From Phoronis australis (lineage: Eukaryota; Animalia; Phoronida), in contig NMRA01000238.1 in NCBI GenBank assembly GCA_002633005.1, forward strand, positions 248,001-312,000: DNA of 64,000 nucleotides. The letters run 5' to 3'. Of this stretch, positions 26,416 through 39,700 are shown piece by piece. The notes below the pieces were generated by a model that was not told the DNA's origin, ran no database searches, and worked only from the letters and a program-made list of their open reading frames with translations. Every line of letters starts with the position of its first letter. Position 1 is the first letter of the stretch. Both the position numbers and the translations under genes were made by a program.

Positions 26416-26641
26416 CAGTGGCGAATTTGGGGGGATAAGGGGGCCATGCCCCCCCCTAGAATTCTCCCAGATACTATTTGGCAGTTCTAGCATATGCACG
26501 CAACCAGGGGGCTCGGGGGGTGAATGCACAATGCATAGCCCTTGAACAAACCCCGTTTACCGTTTTTTTTTAGTAACAAGGGCCACATATCCAAAAATTC
26601 GAGACCTCTGCATCCCTACATTTTAGGCTGGNCCGCCCCTG
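26416..26641. mobile_element. MITE family B copy 2
   Basis: CAGTGGCGAAT...CCGCCCCTG ends; homologous to 19367-19528. Confidence 0.7.
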
Positions 26642-29600
26642 CGATAAGCCAGACAGCAGAATACACAAACTTGGCAATTATAGGGTTAGTAAGTAAATCC
26701 ATATTGCCTTTGTGTGTGCTAATCTGGGCCGTCTCCAAATGGGTTTTCGTCCACACCTGGCTGTCCTTGACCACCGTGCAATGAACACTCGGCCGAAACA
26801 GCCCCGTGCACACAGTTATGACGGATTCTATTTGTTGTCACACGCAGACCTCTCACGTCATGGACTTACGTAAGAGTTCTTTGTCCATGACGGGCCTTCA
26901 TGTGAATGGAGCGCCCGGATGAAGGAAGATCGGTCCTCTTTGGCAGGGTCACTGACATGAACCTTAGTGTTAAAGAATTTCGTGAACACCTGTGTGTTTG
27001 TTTATTGTCCAGCCAGTGGTAAAGACCCTTTGAACCTCCTCTGTTCAACCAACCTTCGAGTAGGTGTGTAAATGACGACCGTATGGGGGAGGGGGTGGGG
27101 GGTAGGATCTTTATACATATTTTACAATCATGTGAGGATTGCTGAAGACCCAGTGACCGAGGCAGTTTGCCCCCAAACGTCTACGACTGGAATATCAATT
27201 GATCGACATGAGTCTGACCGACAGCTACGTGGTCATTTAGGTTTAGCCGGTACGAAACACAATAAAGTTTGGTGCAACTGTGAATCAAATCTTCGTAGTT
27301 GCATCGAGTGACACGCTATAGTGGGGCATACACACGGGGAACACACATTCCAGTACTCATTATAAACAAATCAGGTTTTTTACCTTGCTACGGTGCCTGT
27401 CGATTCAAATTGCAATCAATAGTTGGTCAACCAGATTCTCAGATCTTCTCAAATCCTTCATTCAATATGCAGAGAGTGTTGTCTTGGTCAGGATAAAAAG
27501 TCCGCGATTTAAACGAGAAATGAAACAATAACTGCATGGCGTTAAATATTTCAGAGCCACACTTCTAGTGGTCAGTTCATGTGACACGCTAAAAAACAGA
27601 AAATCAAGAGGTATTCGCGAACTCCATTCAACAATGGCAAAGCTAATTTACAAAAGAGGACTGTTGAAACGGCCTATTATTCGGGCATCGATCGTCAATA
27701 ATCTCCTCAGGCATAATGTTGTCAAGTGAAAAGCCAGGATGAAAGAGTTGCAAATGTAAACGTGCAGCGTGTGTTAGACCTAGTTTTCACTCTGCGTTCC
27801 TTAGCGACGAGAGACGGACTAAGGCGATTGTACGAGCGCCAATGTTGGTACATTGCAGAAAGCGAGTCCGGACCACTACACCGGGAGGAAAGGGACTAAC
27901 GCAAAAGCTTGATAGATTGTTTATTATCAAATTCCCGCGCTCAGCTGAATGCGATTGTGGGGATATTTTAAATTTTGATAAATGTAAAGCTCGACTCTCA
28001 TGAAATTTGTTATACTTGTTATTGTTACGACAGAATATGGTTATAGAGAAGTGTGTGCTCCCATGTACATGTGCACAAGATAACGAGCAGGCTTACTGCC
28101 TAATTGCAACTCTATTTGACCCCAGTCTGCACGAGGCTCTGGCTGTAGTAACAGAGTACAAGAATATATTACATTTTAACGAAAATGACGTTAGCTTATT
28201 TAGATGGCTTTTAAAAAATAACTTTTTCTATTTTTGAGTGAAAAAAGTCCGTAAAAATTAATTGCATTTGGTAATTTCAAAATTTACTCCTCGTTCACTG
28301 TACATGATACATAATGACCTGTGGTTTAGACATTTTACATCTGAATATGCATGCTTCATGCGTTGACGTTGCCGTTAAACAACTATGTTTTATTGTTGTT
28401 ACAACATGGTCTCAAGTGCAAAATAAATGATGATTAGGATACTGAGAATAATATTTCCATAGGTTGCATCAAATCATAAAAGCATGTCCAGTTTATACTT
28501 TTCTCTTTAAAATGCCAATTATCAGACACATTTTTAATTGATGAGCGTCATTTGGTGGTTCCATTCGGAACTACAATTGCACATAGTTAACATTATTATT
28601 GAGGCTCAGAGTTCCTTAAAAACGATACGACATTGAATGTTAGACAACTTCTTTCTGCATTTCTCGTATTGTCTAAAAATTCTCCTTGTGTGCTGACCGC
28701 ATGTTTTCAGTAGCGCGCCGAGAGACATCGTTAAAAGAATAATTAATGGGCTAAAAATATTTGTGTATTACCATAATATCAAAACTCCTAGCCTTATCAT
28801 CAAAACCAACTTGAGTGAAAATGCAGAACGAATGTCAATCAAATGTAGCATTGTATACCAATTTTCATACCCTGAGAATGAAAGTGTTCGTGCTGCCTAA
28901 AGACAGCATTACGTTGGCCAGACTGTGTGTTCACATTCGCGCAGGTTGTTCTATCACTTACAAAATGGCGCTATCAAAACCATTTTGAATTTGTGCATCG
29001 TAGAAGAGTGTAGCGGAAGGAGTAAGAGGATAAAACTACTGTCAGGTACATAGAGAAAGACAAACAAAGATTGTTATAATTTGAGTCTATATTGATAGAG
29101 AGGCCCGTTCTTAACCACCAGTTCACAGGCTCCAGTAAAGCACTGTCTTTATTCAAGTAGTCTCACCTCCTTTGCCCACCGGCTGGCTATATTGCACTAT
29201 TGATATTACAGGCTCTGTTTGCTCACCTGCTATGCCAAGTACCTTATTGCTATGTTGTACAGGGTTTATTATGCCATGAACTGTACTGTGATGCCTCACT
29301 GCTCACTGAGGTCTCATTTTATTTATTGTCTTGTCCATGAATGTAGTATACATTCCAAGTACTCCGGTCTACTATAATTTCTAAAACAAATTTTCTATCG
29401 TTTGTTCCTTTAACGATATTGTTCGGAGAGCCAGTGCACAGATGCGATCCGCACACAAAGAGTGTTTTTAGGCAATACGAGAAACGCAGAAAGAAGTTAT
29501 CAAACAATCAATGTCGTATCGTTTTTAACAAACTCTACACCCGAGAGGCACTGCTGCCAAAGTATACTATGTTATTGAGGTTGCAAACAAAATGTACAAC

Positions 29601-31436
29601 CTGGTAATCTAGGCAATTAATTTGATAAAACATTAACAAAGTCTTTCGCGGATCGAAATTGGAAAGCACTAGGTTTTCTAAAAATGCAATAAACTCACAC
29701 ATGATGGTAATAAATGTTCACTATTTTAATTTCAGATTTCATAACTCCTTTATTACGAACGTCTGCTTAATCCTTCAAAATTTATGTTGCTTGGTAAATT
29801 ATGAGTATTTGTAACTTAACAGCATTAAAGTAAGGAAAAAAACAGTCTCAGTTTTATACGATCTGGCACTTATGATTTTGACCACCTAAAAAGTACGAGT
29901 GCCAAGACTTCTCTTATATAGGAAAATGTAAGCTCAACCGTGATATGTGTACACAATAGGTACACTATCCAAAATGAAACAATGAAAACATTATTTCATT
30001 AAAGTGCCCAAATATTCGATACTGGCACATAGCCAGTGAAATCAGTTCAGACGTGCACGTGAAGCCTGGGATCCAACTCGTATTCCCTTAGTCTTGCTTT
30101 GACATCCTTTGGAAGGTTATTTTTTTCTTTTTCGTCCATAGCGCTGTACGATGTTAGGAACACTGAGCTGGTTTGACAAGACGGCACCCTTAGCAGTAGT
30201 AGATCTTCCGTGTAAAACCTGTTACGATACAAAATGCATCTATAATATGTTATGTTATATTATGTTTTGCTTTAATGCAGGCCTCCTGATGAGAAAAAAA
30301 TTCCAACTGTATATCATTGGCTCTCTTGGCCTAAAGTTGCATTGACCACTAAAATGTCACAACCCGACATTTTATGCCAAGTCATAGTTAACCCCTAATG
30401 AATGTCGCTCCAAACCAAGGATACATTTCTGTAAGACACCAGTCATGCAGAGACGGGCTCTGTATGAAATTTACAACCCTCACAGTTGTACGCATTGCTG
30501 TCATTACGTAGCACGTTTTTAAGACCTGGGGTCTAATCTTTGAACTTGAATTCGGACTCTCTCAAAATTATTTTGGCGTTTTCAATTCTACTTTTGTGCG
30601 AACTCCATATGAGTGTCTATCATTCTGTGCTCGGGTACATTACAGTTAATGCGTGTGACTTTCTAGTCCAATTTCGCACTTGATGAACCCTACATTCGTA
30701 TCACGAACTGGAGCAAAAACTCGACATTAAGAAAAGAATTTTATACTTAAAGATTATTTTAAATAATGGTATTTTATATGAATACCATAGAACCTGGAGA
30801 AACTGATTAGCCATAACTTTTTTCTAACAACATCGTAGCTAAAGTGGGTGGGTATGTTGAGGGGGTGAATGCGAGTGTGCGTTCGTGCGTACGTATGTGT
30901 GGTAAGAGTGAGAATAGCTTGCATTTTTTTGTATTTCATGTTTTGTATTTATGTTCTTGATAGCAATGAAAATATAAAAAATCGACCTTTCGAATTCAGA
31001 CTCGAAATCTTAGCCTTGATGTTGGGGTCGTCAAGTGCAACGTGACGTAAGCCATCATGCACTCGAGCACAGAATACTAGTCTCGTATACATTGAATTCG
31101 CATAAAAACCAGAATAGAAAATGTCATAAATAATTTCGAATTTGATGTCGAGTAAAGAGATTAGACCCCGGGCCCTGAATACATCTGGTTAGGAACCTAG
31201 ACAGTATTTCAGACCAAAGAAGGAACCAAAACTATGGTTGTGAGTGGGGTGTGAATCAAAGAGTTTGGGTTCGAGACTCTACGTGTTCTGGAACGCACCT
31301 AGTACCTTCTCCGGCCATGTCAATGATTTCCAATCCTTAACACTATAGACGTGATAAGGATGTAGCGAAGAGCTGACTGACGGTCTGAGAAGCACAGTGG
31401 TGAGTGACTGACAGAGTGATAGACATACAATGATAA

Positions 31437-31644
31437 AAGATAACTAACTGCAGGCCGTCTGACGGCGCATGTGGGCCCATTGCACTGATCACCTGGAAGT
31501 ATTTTTATGCTTTAATAATATATGGTTAAAACCGATCTGATCGAGCTTGAAACCTGACTCAAGGGTTTAGCTGTGTGACCAAGTGGAATTCGAACCCACG
31601 ACCTCGAGTAAAGAAAGCAGGCACGTATCACGCTAGGCCTCCAC
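31437..31644 (-). mobile_element. tRNA-derived SINE, copy 2
   Basis: Minus strand shows GGCCTAGCGTG and B-box GGTTCGAATTCC; body AAAGCATAAAAAT..TTCCAGGTGATCAGT.CAATGGGCCCACATGCGC is shared with copy 1; 10-bp TSD ACAATGATAA (31427-31436, 31645-31654). Confidence 0.85.
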
Positions 31645-33536
31645 ACAATGATAACTCAGTCAGCAGATTTGATGTCAAAAATGTGACAACTTATGAATGT
31701 CTACGATAGGGAAATTGCGTACTGTTAAAAACAAATCACGAATCATTGGCAAGAATGCCAGCATAGCAAGATATGCGCCATCTGATGACCACTTCTCCTA
31801 ACTCATAAATGATTCAGTCAGGTGGTTGAAAATTGCCGTCCACACGACCGTAGTTTGACGTCAGTACCTCGTGCTTAACTTCGAGGGTGCTCAAGTCTAC
31901 TTAGAAAATGCAAAGCTAAGGAAACTGAGTGGGACAAACCAGCATCAATGAATTGACTGGTGTCGACAGATGGGTTGAAAAGTTTGGGCCCTGTCAGCGA
32001 ATACTAACTTGAAAAATCTACAAGACATGAACTGATTCATCAGAGACTTACTGTGGTCAATGATGGCGACTTAATATTTATCTGATCAATTGCCTAAACA
32101 TCATTTGCTCAATAAATTACCACCTCTTGGGAACTACAAGTTTTATCGATTTTTCATCGATGTTATTGGACTAGAATAGCAATGGCGATATAAGGTAAGC
32201 TATCACTGTTGGTATCTCTGGGGTAAAATTTGTCTATTTTGAATATAGATACTTGAAAAACGCTTATTCAAGGAAAAATACTCGTTTATTTTAAACAGAT
32301 AGCATCGCTTGATTATTTGGATATTGTCATATTCGTCAAAAATTTAAGGGAGAAGCAGAGTTAAACAAAGTCGAGTTTCTGTTTGACGACCAGCGCTAAT
32401 AGTTTTCGGTGCCGTTGTTTATTGAAGACTGGTTGAAGTTAATCACTTTTTTATTTTCGGGCCGAGCGTACAAAGGTCTACACAAACAAAACATCTAACG
32501 CAATATCTTCATGTTCTAATGCTGCAGCCAGTGCTGCGGAATCTTGTCTTGTGAGGAACTCTTCGTTCACATTCAGTAATTGTCGCAGCCGTTGATTGAT
32601 TCAGCATCTTGCTGTTTCTAGCTGGTCGCCCATTGAACTCTGTCACTACTCATTCTGTAACTGTTGACACTGCCACTCACTCTCACTAACTCGTGCCCGG
32701 GTAATGATAGTCGCAGCAATGCAATATTGTAAATTCACAAATTCAGGTACATTCTAGGAATTTTTGGAGTCTACCCAAACATTCGACAAATATATGCAGG
32801 GTCTAGAATGATCCAGACAATACTACGCTGCAACCTACTAGACTATTCTCAAGTACGCTCCGTTGTAAAGAAATATACAACCACTGGCATGACATAAGTA
32901 GGTCGGCTCAAACAATTGCTAACTTCTAGTAAACTATTAAAACTAAAACCATTGTTAGTCTTCCTTTTTTTGACACCCTGAAAGTCCCCAATGGACGCTT
33001 TCTGGTAACGTGTGCTTTATCGGAAGAAAAACCTGCGGCATGTCCTATCACATGAGAAAATATTTGATGAAACTACAGCACACAGTAAAAAAATACAAAA
33101 AATACATTTACTTGTGGCTTCATTCCACTCTTTGAGTTTGTGTTTCATTTGTCATGTAGGCTAACACAAAGGATTAATTTATCATCGGAGCACAAAGTGG
33201 ACATTTTGAACACAACCCAAATTTGTATGTAAAATAACTGTTGTCCAAACAAACTGTACCTTAATCGTATAATAAAAAATACGTAAAACCGAACAATCAT
33301 GGAACCAGTCTATAAGCTACATAGCAGATCAGTTTATCATTCCGACAACGACATAGTCATATTTGAAATTGTTAAAGTGAAAACGGGGAGTCCGACGTTT
33401 TTCTGTCTGCTTTCTTTTCGACCAGTTGAATAACTCATGACATATTTTTCTCATTATGTGTTTCAGTTGGAAAACAGGCTATGGATAATGCTTGTACTTA
33501 CCAGGCCAACTATCGGGTTCTAAAAGTTTTTGAAGT

Positions 33537-33769
33537 ATGTTTGCTACAGTGCTTGCGATAGGATATTGCATCGCCTGTCAGAGAACTGCCGTAGAAGGCG
33601 CTGCCAGCGCGATTAACTCGACAACGGGACCACATAAAGAGACCCTCCCTGCTGACACGACAACATTCCATGAATCGGAGAATACTCAAAGCAACGCAAA
33701 AGAAAGTGTTGCCACAAATTTGATAAGTGTGCCAGAATCGTTGACTACTTCCAGCGGGTTTGTTCAGAA
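33537..33769 (+). CDS. Orphan membrane protein coding exon 1 (signal-like peptide and S/T-rich stalk)
   Basis: MFATVLAIGYCIACQRTAVEG..., NST sequon; gtttcag acceptor ends at 33466; GT donor at 33770. Confidence 0.68.
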
Positions 33770-36700
33770 GTACGTGAAAAGCAGCTATAGTAAACATACT
33801 GCACAACACTCACTTTAAGGAGCATTAAATCCGCGACTTCTTTCGAAGACAACTTTTGATTTAGGCTACATTTTATCGTGTTCTATTTGCAGAGTAGAAA
33901 TGATTTCTCGGATTGAAAAGAACCGAAACTTGTTATTAGTTCAGACCAGGCACATTGCGGTGCTTGTCGAGGGTGGTTAGTTTCAGTCGCGATGGCATTA
34001 CGTGCGTCAAGGAAATCCTAGGCGATTTGTTGTATTTTGTATCAATTTCGCAAATGTCGTCAACTATCAGTCTTAACTTCAGCGTGATCGGATTACCCTA
34101 ATACCTCTAGAATCGTTAACTCAAAAGTTTTGTTTAATCCACGAGTCAATTCGACGCATTTTAGGGCTCACTTTCAATCTTTTATTTTTGTTTGACGTTT
34201 GCGTTGTCATACTTGCACTGATGTGCATGTTTCAATGGACTTGTGCTTTCAATTTTTGTGCGCTCAAGTGCCAAGGGCTGTTTTTCTTCGCACTGTCCAC
34301 GCGTCACCAAATTATCTATGACGTCACCGCCATGATTAGGAGTCGATAACCACTCTACAATGCCTTTGAAAAAACAGAGCTGCAGCGCCGAAGATGAGAT
34401 CCCTGAATTCAAACAGACGATCAAATACGTATTGTCGGTTTGGTAAAGCAAACTCGTCTGTGAAAAAGTTAACGTTTTCAACACCAGATTCGTTGCTGCT
34501 TTAACATTGTAATCATGTTGGTATTGACCATTGGTCTAATTCAAAATGGAGATACTAATTGATTAATACATAACTCATGTGGAGTTATAGCTATACACTA
34601 ATATATTAGAGTATGATGGCATTGGAAATCAATTTTGTCGTACTAATAGTTTTTCAATGAATGTATTTCCCTTGCATTTGTACAACTTTCAGATGTTAAA
34701 ATTTAATACTGTCTAATGCTTACGCCCTGAAAATTACGTCGTGTATTTCATTCAAGCTAAGCTTCTTGACAACATCATACCAATCAAAAACTACAACGTT
34801 ATGAACACTTTCTACAAGTCCTGGTCTTGGAGTTTAATCTTTTTTTACTCCAAATCAAACTCGAAATTATTTTGGCGTTTTCTATTTAACTTTACAGCGA
34901 GCTCAATATACGAGTCTATTATAACATGTTGAGTACCTGGTAGCTTACGTGAGTTACTTTTAAACCAAGTTTGCACTCGATGACCTCAGCATGAATCTGA
35001 AAATTGGAGTCTGAATTCGAAATCTCGGTGTGTTTATACACTGTATACACATCTACACAGCGTGCTTACAGTAGCCATTGGATGCAAACTGTTAATATCA
35101 CACTTTGCACGCCTGAGCATATAGACGCGCATACTGCAAGTTCGAGTGAGTTTGCACCAAAGTCGTCCGTAGACCTCACTGTCACGACTTCAAGGTTAAA
35201 TAGGATCGAATTTGGAATATTTTCAATTTAATAACGAGTAACCTCAACCAATACAACAGTCGTACACAATTTTGATTTAAATTTCAATCACGTTTGGGGC
35301 CTTCTCCCGAAGAATTCGTAAACAATTTTGTTTTCATTTAAGCCAGGACTTTTAGTCAGTGCATTCTTATTTAAAAACTGGATACTTTGATACTCTACAA
35401 TTGCTATGCTAAGGTGAAACGATAGACAATTTTTGAAGTTGTTTGCTCATCCTCTTTCTCCATACTCCATCAATTTATTTGAACAACTTTCCAAATTAGG
35501 TTTATTCCACTGTTTCTAGTGTACCATCGGGCGACTCCTCTTGGACGATAAAAATACTACTGCCGTGTATTTTGGCTGTACTGGTATTGATTGCGTTGCT
35601 GGTTATCGCAGTTTTGTGTCTCCTAAGGCAAAAACGATTGCGGTATCATTTGAAAGCGAGACGACGGAAATCAGCTACTTTCCTCAGGTAAATTATCGTT
35701 TAAAGTATGTTATTATTAATATATTGTATTGTGTAGCACTCATTTTGCCTTCTTCAAGCCAAAGAAATTAAAACATTTTCGGAAACGATGTTCACGGATT
35801 CACGGCTATGTTACGTAACCAGTAAGCTATTTTGACGGACAGTTCCTTCATTCTGTAAATTAAACAGAAATCACTTTACGGCCTTTTGAAAAGTACTTTT
35901 GGATGGATCTGGCAATTATGACAACCGAATATTGTACAGAAGTCTGTTTCTATGCATCAGTGCAAACACGGGACACCACTGAATCGACTTCAAATTTGAC
36001 ATCCATATTTCATAAAATTTCTCTTTGCCAACCAGTTTCAGAGAGAAAGAATACACCGAGGACTATTTCCGAGAGAATATACACATTAACGAACTCATCT
36101 TTTGTGACCCATCGTAAGTACTTTTTTGATTTAGAAACGATAATTTTTAACATATATTCGAACAATATATTGTTTATAACGTACGTCTGTTTTGAGAGAT
36201 GAGATCGAGAACAGATACCTGCGAACAGAAGTCATGTAATATAACAGCAATATGACAAACGAACAATGGCAGCGCTCGATTGGCCGACCTGCAGGTTCCG
36301 AATGCGACCTCAGATTGTGTTTGGCGACCTGGGAAAAATCTCACCTTAAATTCGTTTCAAAGTTCGTATTGACCTCCAAGCTTTAAATTACTGAGAGTTT
36401 TCCAAGATTTATCAACAAACTTGAGAGACTCCAAAACAGCAGTCTTCGTGTCATCACTGGATGTACAAAATGTACGTCAGTCACAGCATTACGCTACCTT
36501 GTCTGTGTTCCCAGCATTGCAGACAGACAGTCTCTTCTACAAAGTGTTATGGTAGCCAAGGCTGCTCAGTGCCCCTTCCATCCGTTGCACTGTCAAGTGA
36601 AGACTGCGCTTGACAGATGCTTGAACCCCGTTCCTGTAACAGCAGCCTATCGACTTCGTCCAAGGACTTTCCGCAGTGCGTCCTACCAAAGGCTTAGCAG

Positions 36701-39700
36701 ATGCTCGTGGACTGCCGCGGCTGTAGACGCAACCAAGGGCCTCGTCGGCGAACACATGATCGCACAAGATGCTGCTTAATTGCCAGTACAAGAACTCGAT
36801 GAAAGACCGAATGTCAGCATCGCTTTCAACAGGAAAGCTCGGGAATGGCCCCCTGGATAGCCCAAGCATTGCACCGTCAGCTATGGTATGACCTTGGTGG
36901 TATTGATGCCATCATAGTGTCAACAGATGGATCCTTCGATGCTGCACCTAACCGGGCTGGACGGGGCTACCAAATATTTTGTGCTGACAACGTCATCCCT
37001 GGAGTTCTGCACCTTGCGCTGTCACGGGGATGGTCTGGGGAGGGGATTAATACACCACCATATCCCCCCCAATGATCCTGTCCATGATAGGTATTACACG
37101 TATTATATTGCTAGATTTATTACCTTCGATTCCCAACCGTTCCGTTTATTTCGTGAAGACAGCGCATTTGAATTACAAGAGAAAGTAAACAGACGGAAGT
37201 CGGACACGTTCGGCAAAAATCAGCCAAGATCGGTGAAATAAACTTTCGTCGACCAATAAAAGAATTCGTACGGCTGTGAATACTCTCAATCTCCTTGTGC
37301 TTCGTTAATTTCCACCCTGAGTCTACGTACGTTCATTCGCCAACTCAATTATTCCTGCCGCTTACGAACGACCCGGACGCAGACGACCACATGGGCTGGT
37401 GGCGTGAATTTAGCCGATCTTGCCAGATTTTGCCGAGCAATTCTGACTTCTGTCTGTTTACTTCCTGTTGTAATTTAAACGTCGTAGCAAATGCGCTGAA
37501 TCACGAAATAAACGGAACAATTGTGAATCAAAGGTAATAAATCTAAGAAAACTGATTGTAATTTAAAGTTTGGAAGTCAACACCAACCTTGAAACGATAC
37601 TCGCACTGGCGACTTTGTGGCGACTTGTAATTTTTCCCAGGTCGCCAAATACAATCTGCAGGTCGCCAAATCGAGCACTACAAACGAGCAGAGGACATGT
37701 ACTATAACAGCAGAGTTCGCGTTTGGTCCATGGAAAGGCCATGATCAATGCCAAAGTATATTTATGGTCCCCGGAAAGGTCCAAACTTGTTGTTATAGTA
37801 GCGGCGGTGGCGGTGGTGCGGTGGTAGAAGTAGTAGTAGTTCTACTTTGGTGATGGTAATGGCGGTAGTGGTGGCTGTGATGGTGGTGGTAGGGTGGAGG
37901 TGGTGGTGGTGATGGTGGTGATGGTTGGGTGACGGAGGAGATGGTGGAGGTGGTGGTGGTAACAGTTGTAGTGGTAGCCGCAGTAACAGTTCTAAATGTT
38001 TATACAGCGCACGCGTAAGCCAAAGGCCATCTCATATAAAACGAGTTACAACACGACCACGACTTGCGATTCGTAGTCATATTTGTGATAATTGTAATCA
38101 CGGTCGTGATCATTATTTGGGACAAATAAAACAACAAAAGGGTAATATACATTTTAAGTAGTATTAGGAATTTCAGGGTAACGGTTCTACAATTAATTAT
38201 TTACAGAAGATACCGGATGAGTACCTTTAATACAAGAAATAATATACACATTTACTATACTCACGAAAACAACAACGGATTTAAAACTTGACATGTTTCG
38301 GTGTCATTTATTAAACACCATCCTCAGAAGTCATAATACAATGGCCACCTAGCTAGGCCCAGCAACAAGTAATGAAGCACAGATACAGTCAGTTACAGGG
38401 AGTGACAATGAACTATACCAACAATGACAACCTGTGGTGTGTCAGTTGCCTATTGAGATTGGGCTTGCACCAACTGATATGTAAAGCCTCAGGAATTTTA
38501 AGCTCCTTTGTTGTTACTGCCTGGTCTATTATTGCAAAGTCATTGAAAGAGCACTGCTGATAACAATGATTGGAGCTCTGCAGGTGAATATTTACATGTG
38601 AATTACTGTCAGAATTTAGATGTTCCTTGGTCCTGGTCCTGGTCAATAGGCAACTGACACACCACAGGTTGTCATTGTTGGTATAGTTCATTGTCACTCC
38701 CTGTAACTGACTGTATCTGTGCTTCATTATTTGTTGCTGGGCCTAGCTAGGTGGCCATTGTATTATGACTTCTGAGGATGGTGTTTAATAAATGACACCG
38801 AAACATGTCAAGTTTTAAATCCGTTGTTGTTTTCGTGAACATATGCTGTTACTTGCTATCATGGAAAACATTTACTATACCCAAGGTTGTTCGTGGATGA
38901 ACTATCCTGTCCACCACCATGATCATTGTCTTCATCATCAATTTCATCGTCATCATCATCATTGAAATTTTGTCACCGTCATCGTGATCACTGTCATCTT
39001 CAAGCATTATCATCATTATCTTCTTTATAACTACCACTACCAACACCACGTGACCACTACTTGTACCGATACAATCTGAAAGCACATTTGCTCCATGCAG
39101 TTTGAGTCGTTCATATTATGGTTTCTCTACAACTATTTAAAACTAATAAATGAATCATTCTTTAAGTTTTATCTACAGGCAACCGAATTTCCTGATGTCA
39201 ACACGCACACACGCACACGCGCGCGCGCACGCACACACACATAGACACACGTTTATTTATTATACATATATTAAGTATTCTAAATACATGCGGAAACCAT
39301 TATATAAACAACAAGAAAAATGTTTTATTACAAAATATTCCTAGTTGCAATTGTGGAGAGACGAGGAACCGATAGACACAGGGACTAATGCAAAAAATAG
39401 CCCCTGTTATTGCTTGCGTTTACTTCGGTGTAACAACTTTCAATTCCGTCAACGTGAATAGTATTGTTATATACTGCACATATTTTTGAAAGAAAATAAA
39501 TAGTTCTCCCCGCATCACCGTTACTGTCGCCATCTTTGTTGTAGATATTGCAAGGAATGTAAGAAGTTTTCGAGTGGACAAATTGAGCTCTTTCGAAATC
39601 AGTGAATGCCACATTGTATTTGGTTCTACTTGTCGTTCCAGGTGCCTTTCAGACTCACCCCTTCAAACACCTGAGGTGGCTCGCATCAGTTTGACAAGTC

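Larger units (their letters stand above)
38261..38867 (-). mobile_element. 5'-truncated Penelope-like retroelement with an inverted duplication of its 3' end (pseudo-LTR)
   Basis: 196-bp inverted arms 38261-38456 / 38643-38838 (one mismatch seen); minus-strand peptide RTKEHLNSDSNSHVNIHL..C..FAIIDQ..ELKIPEALHISWCKPNLNRQ matches a PLE GIY-YIG endonuclease C-terminus; direct repeat ACATTTACTATAC at 38248-38260 and 38868-38880. Confidence 0.9.

Noticed and set aside
33502-33574. Minus-strand candidate first exon for ADAM (MQYPIAST...WP, phase-1 gtaagt donor)
   Set aside because: It has no signal peptide, overlaps the plus-strand coding exon, and 25786-25870 is a much better signal-peptide exon.
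38372-38727. Two convergent ORFs with identical N-termini (MKHRYSQLQGVTMNY...) resembling a duplicated gene pair
   Set aside because: The shared N-terminus is only the antisense reading of the inverted Penelope arms; only the GIY-YIG C-terminal part is real coding relic.
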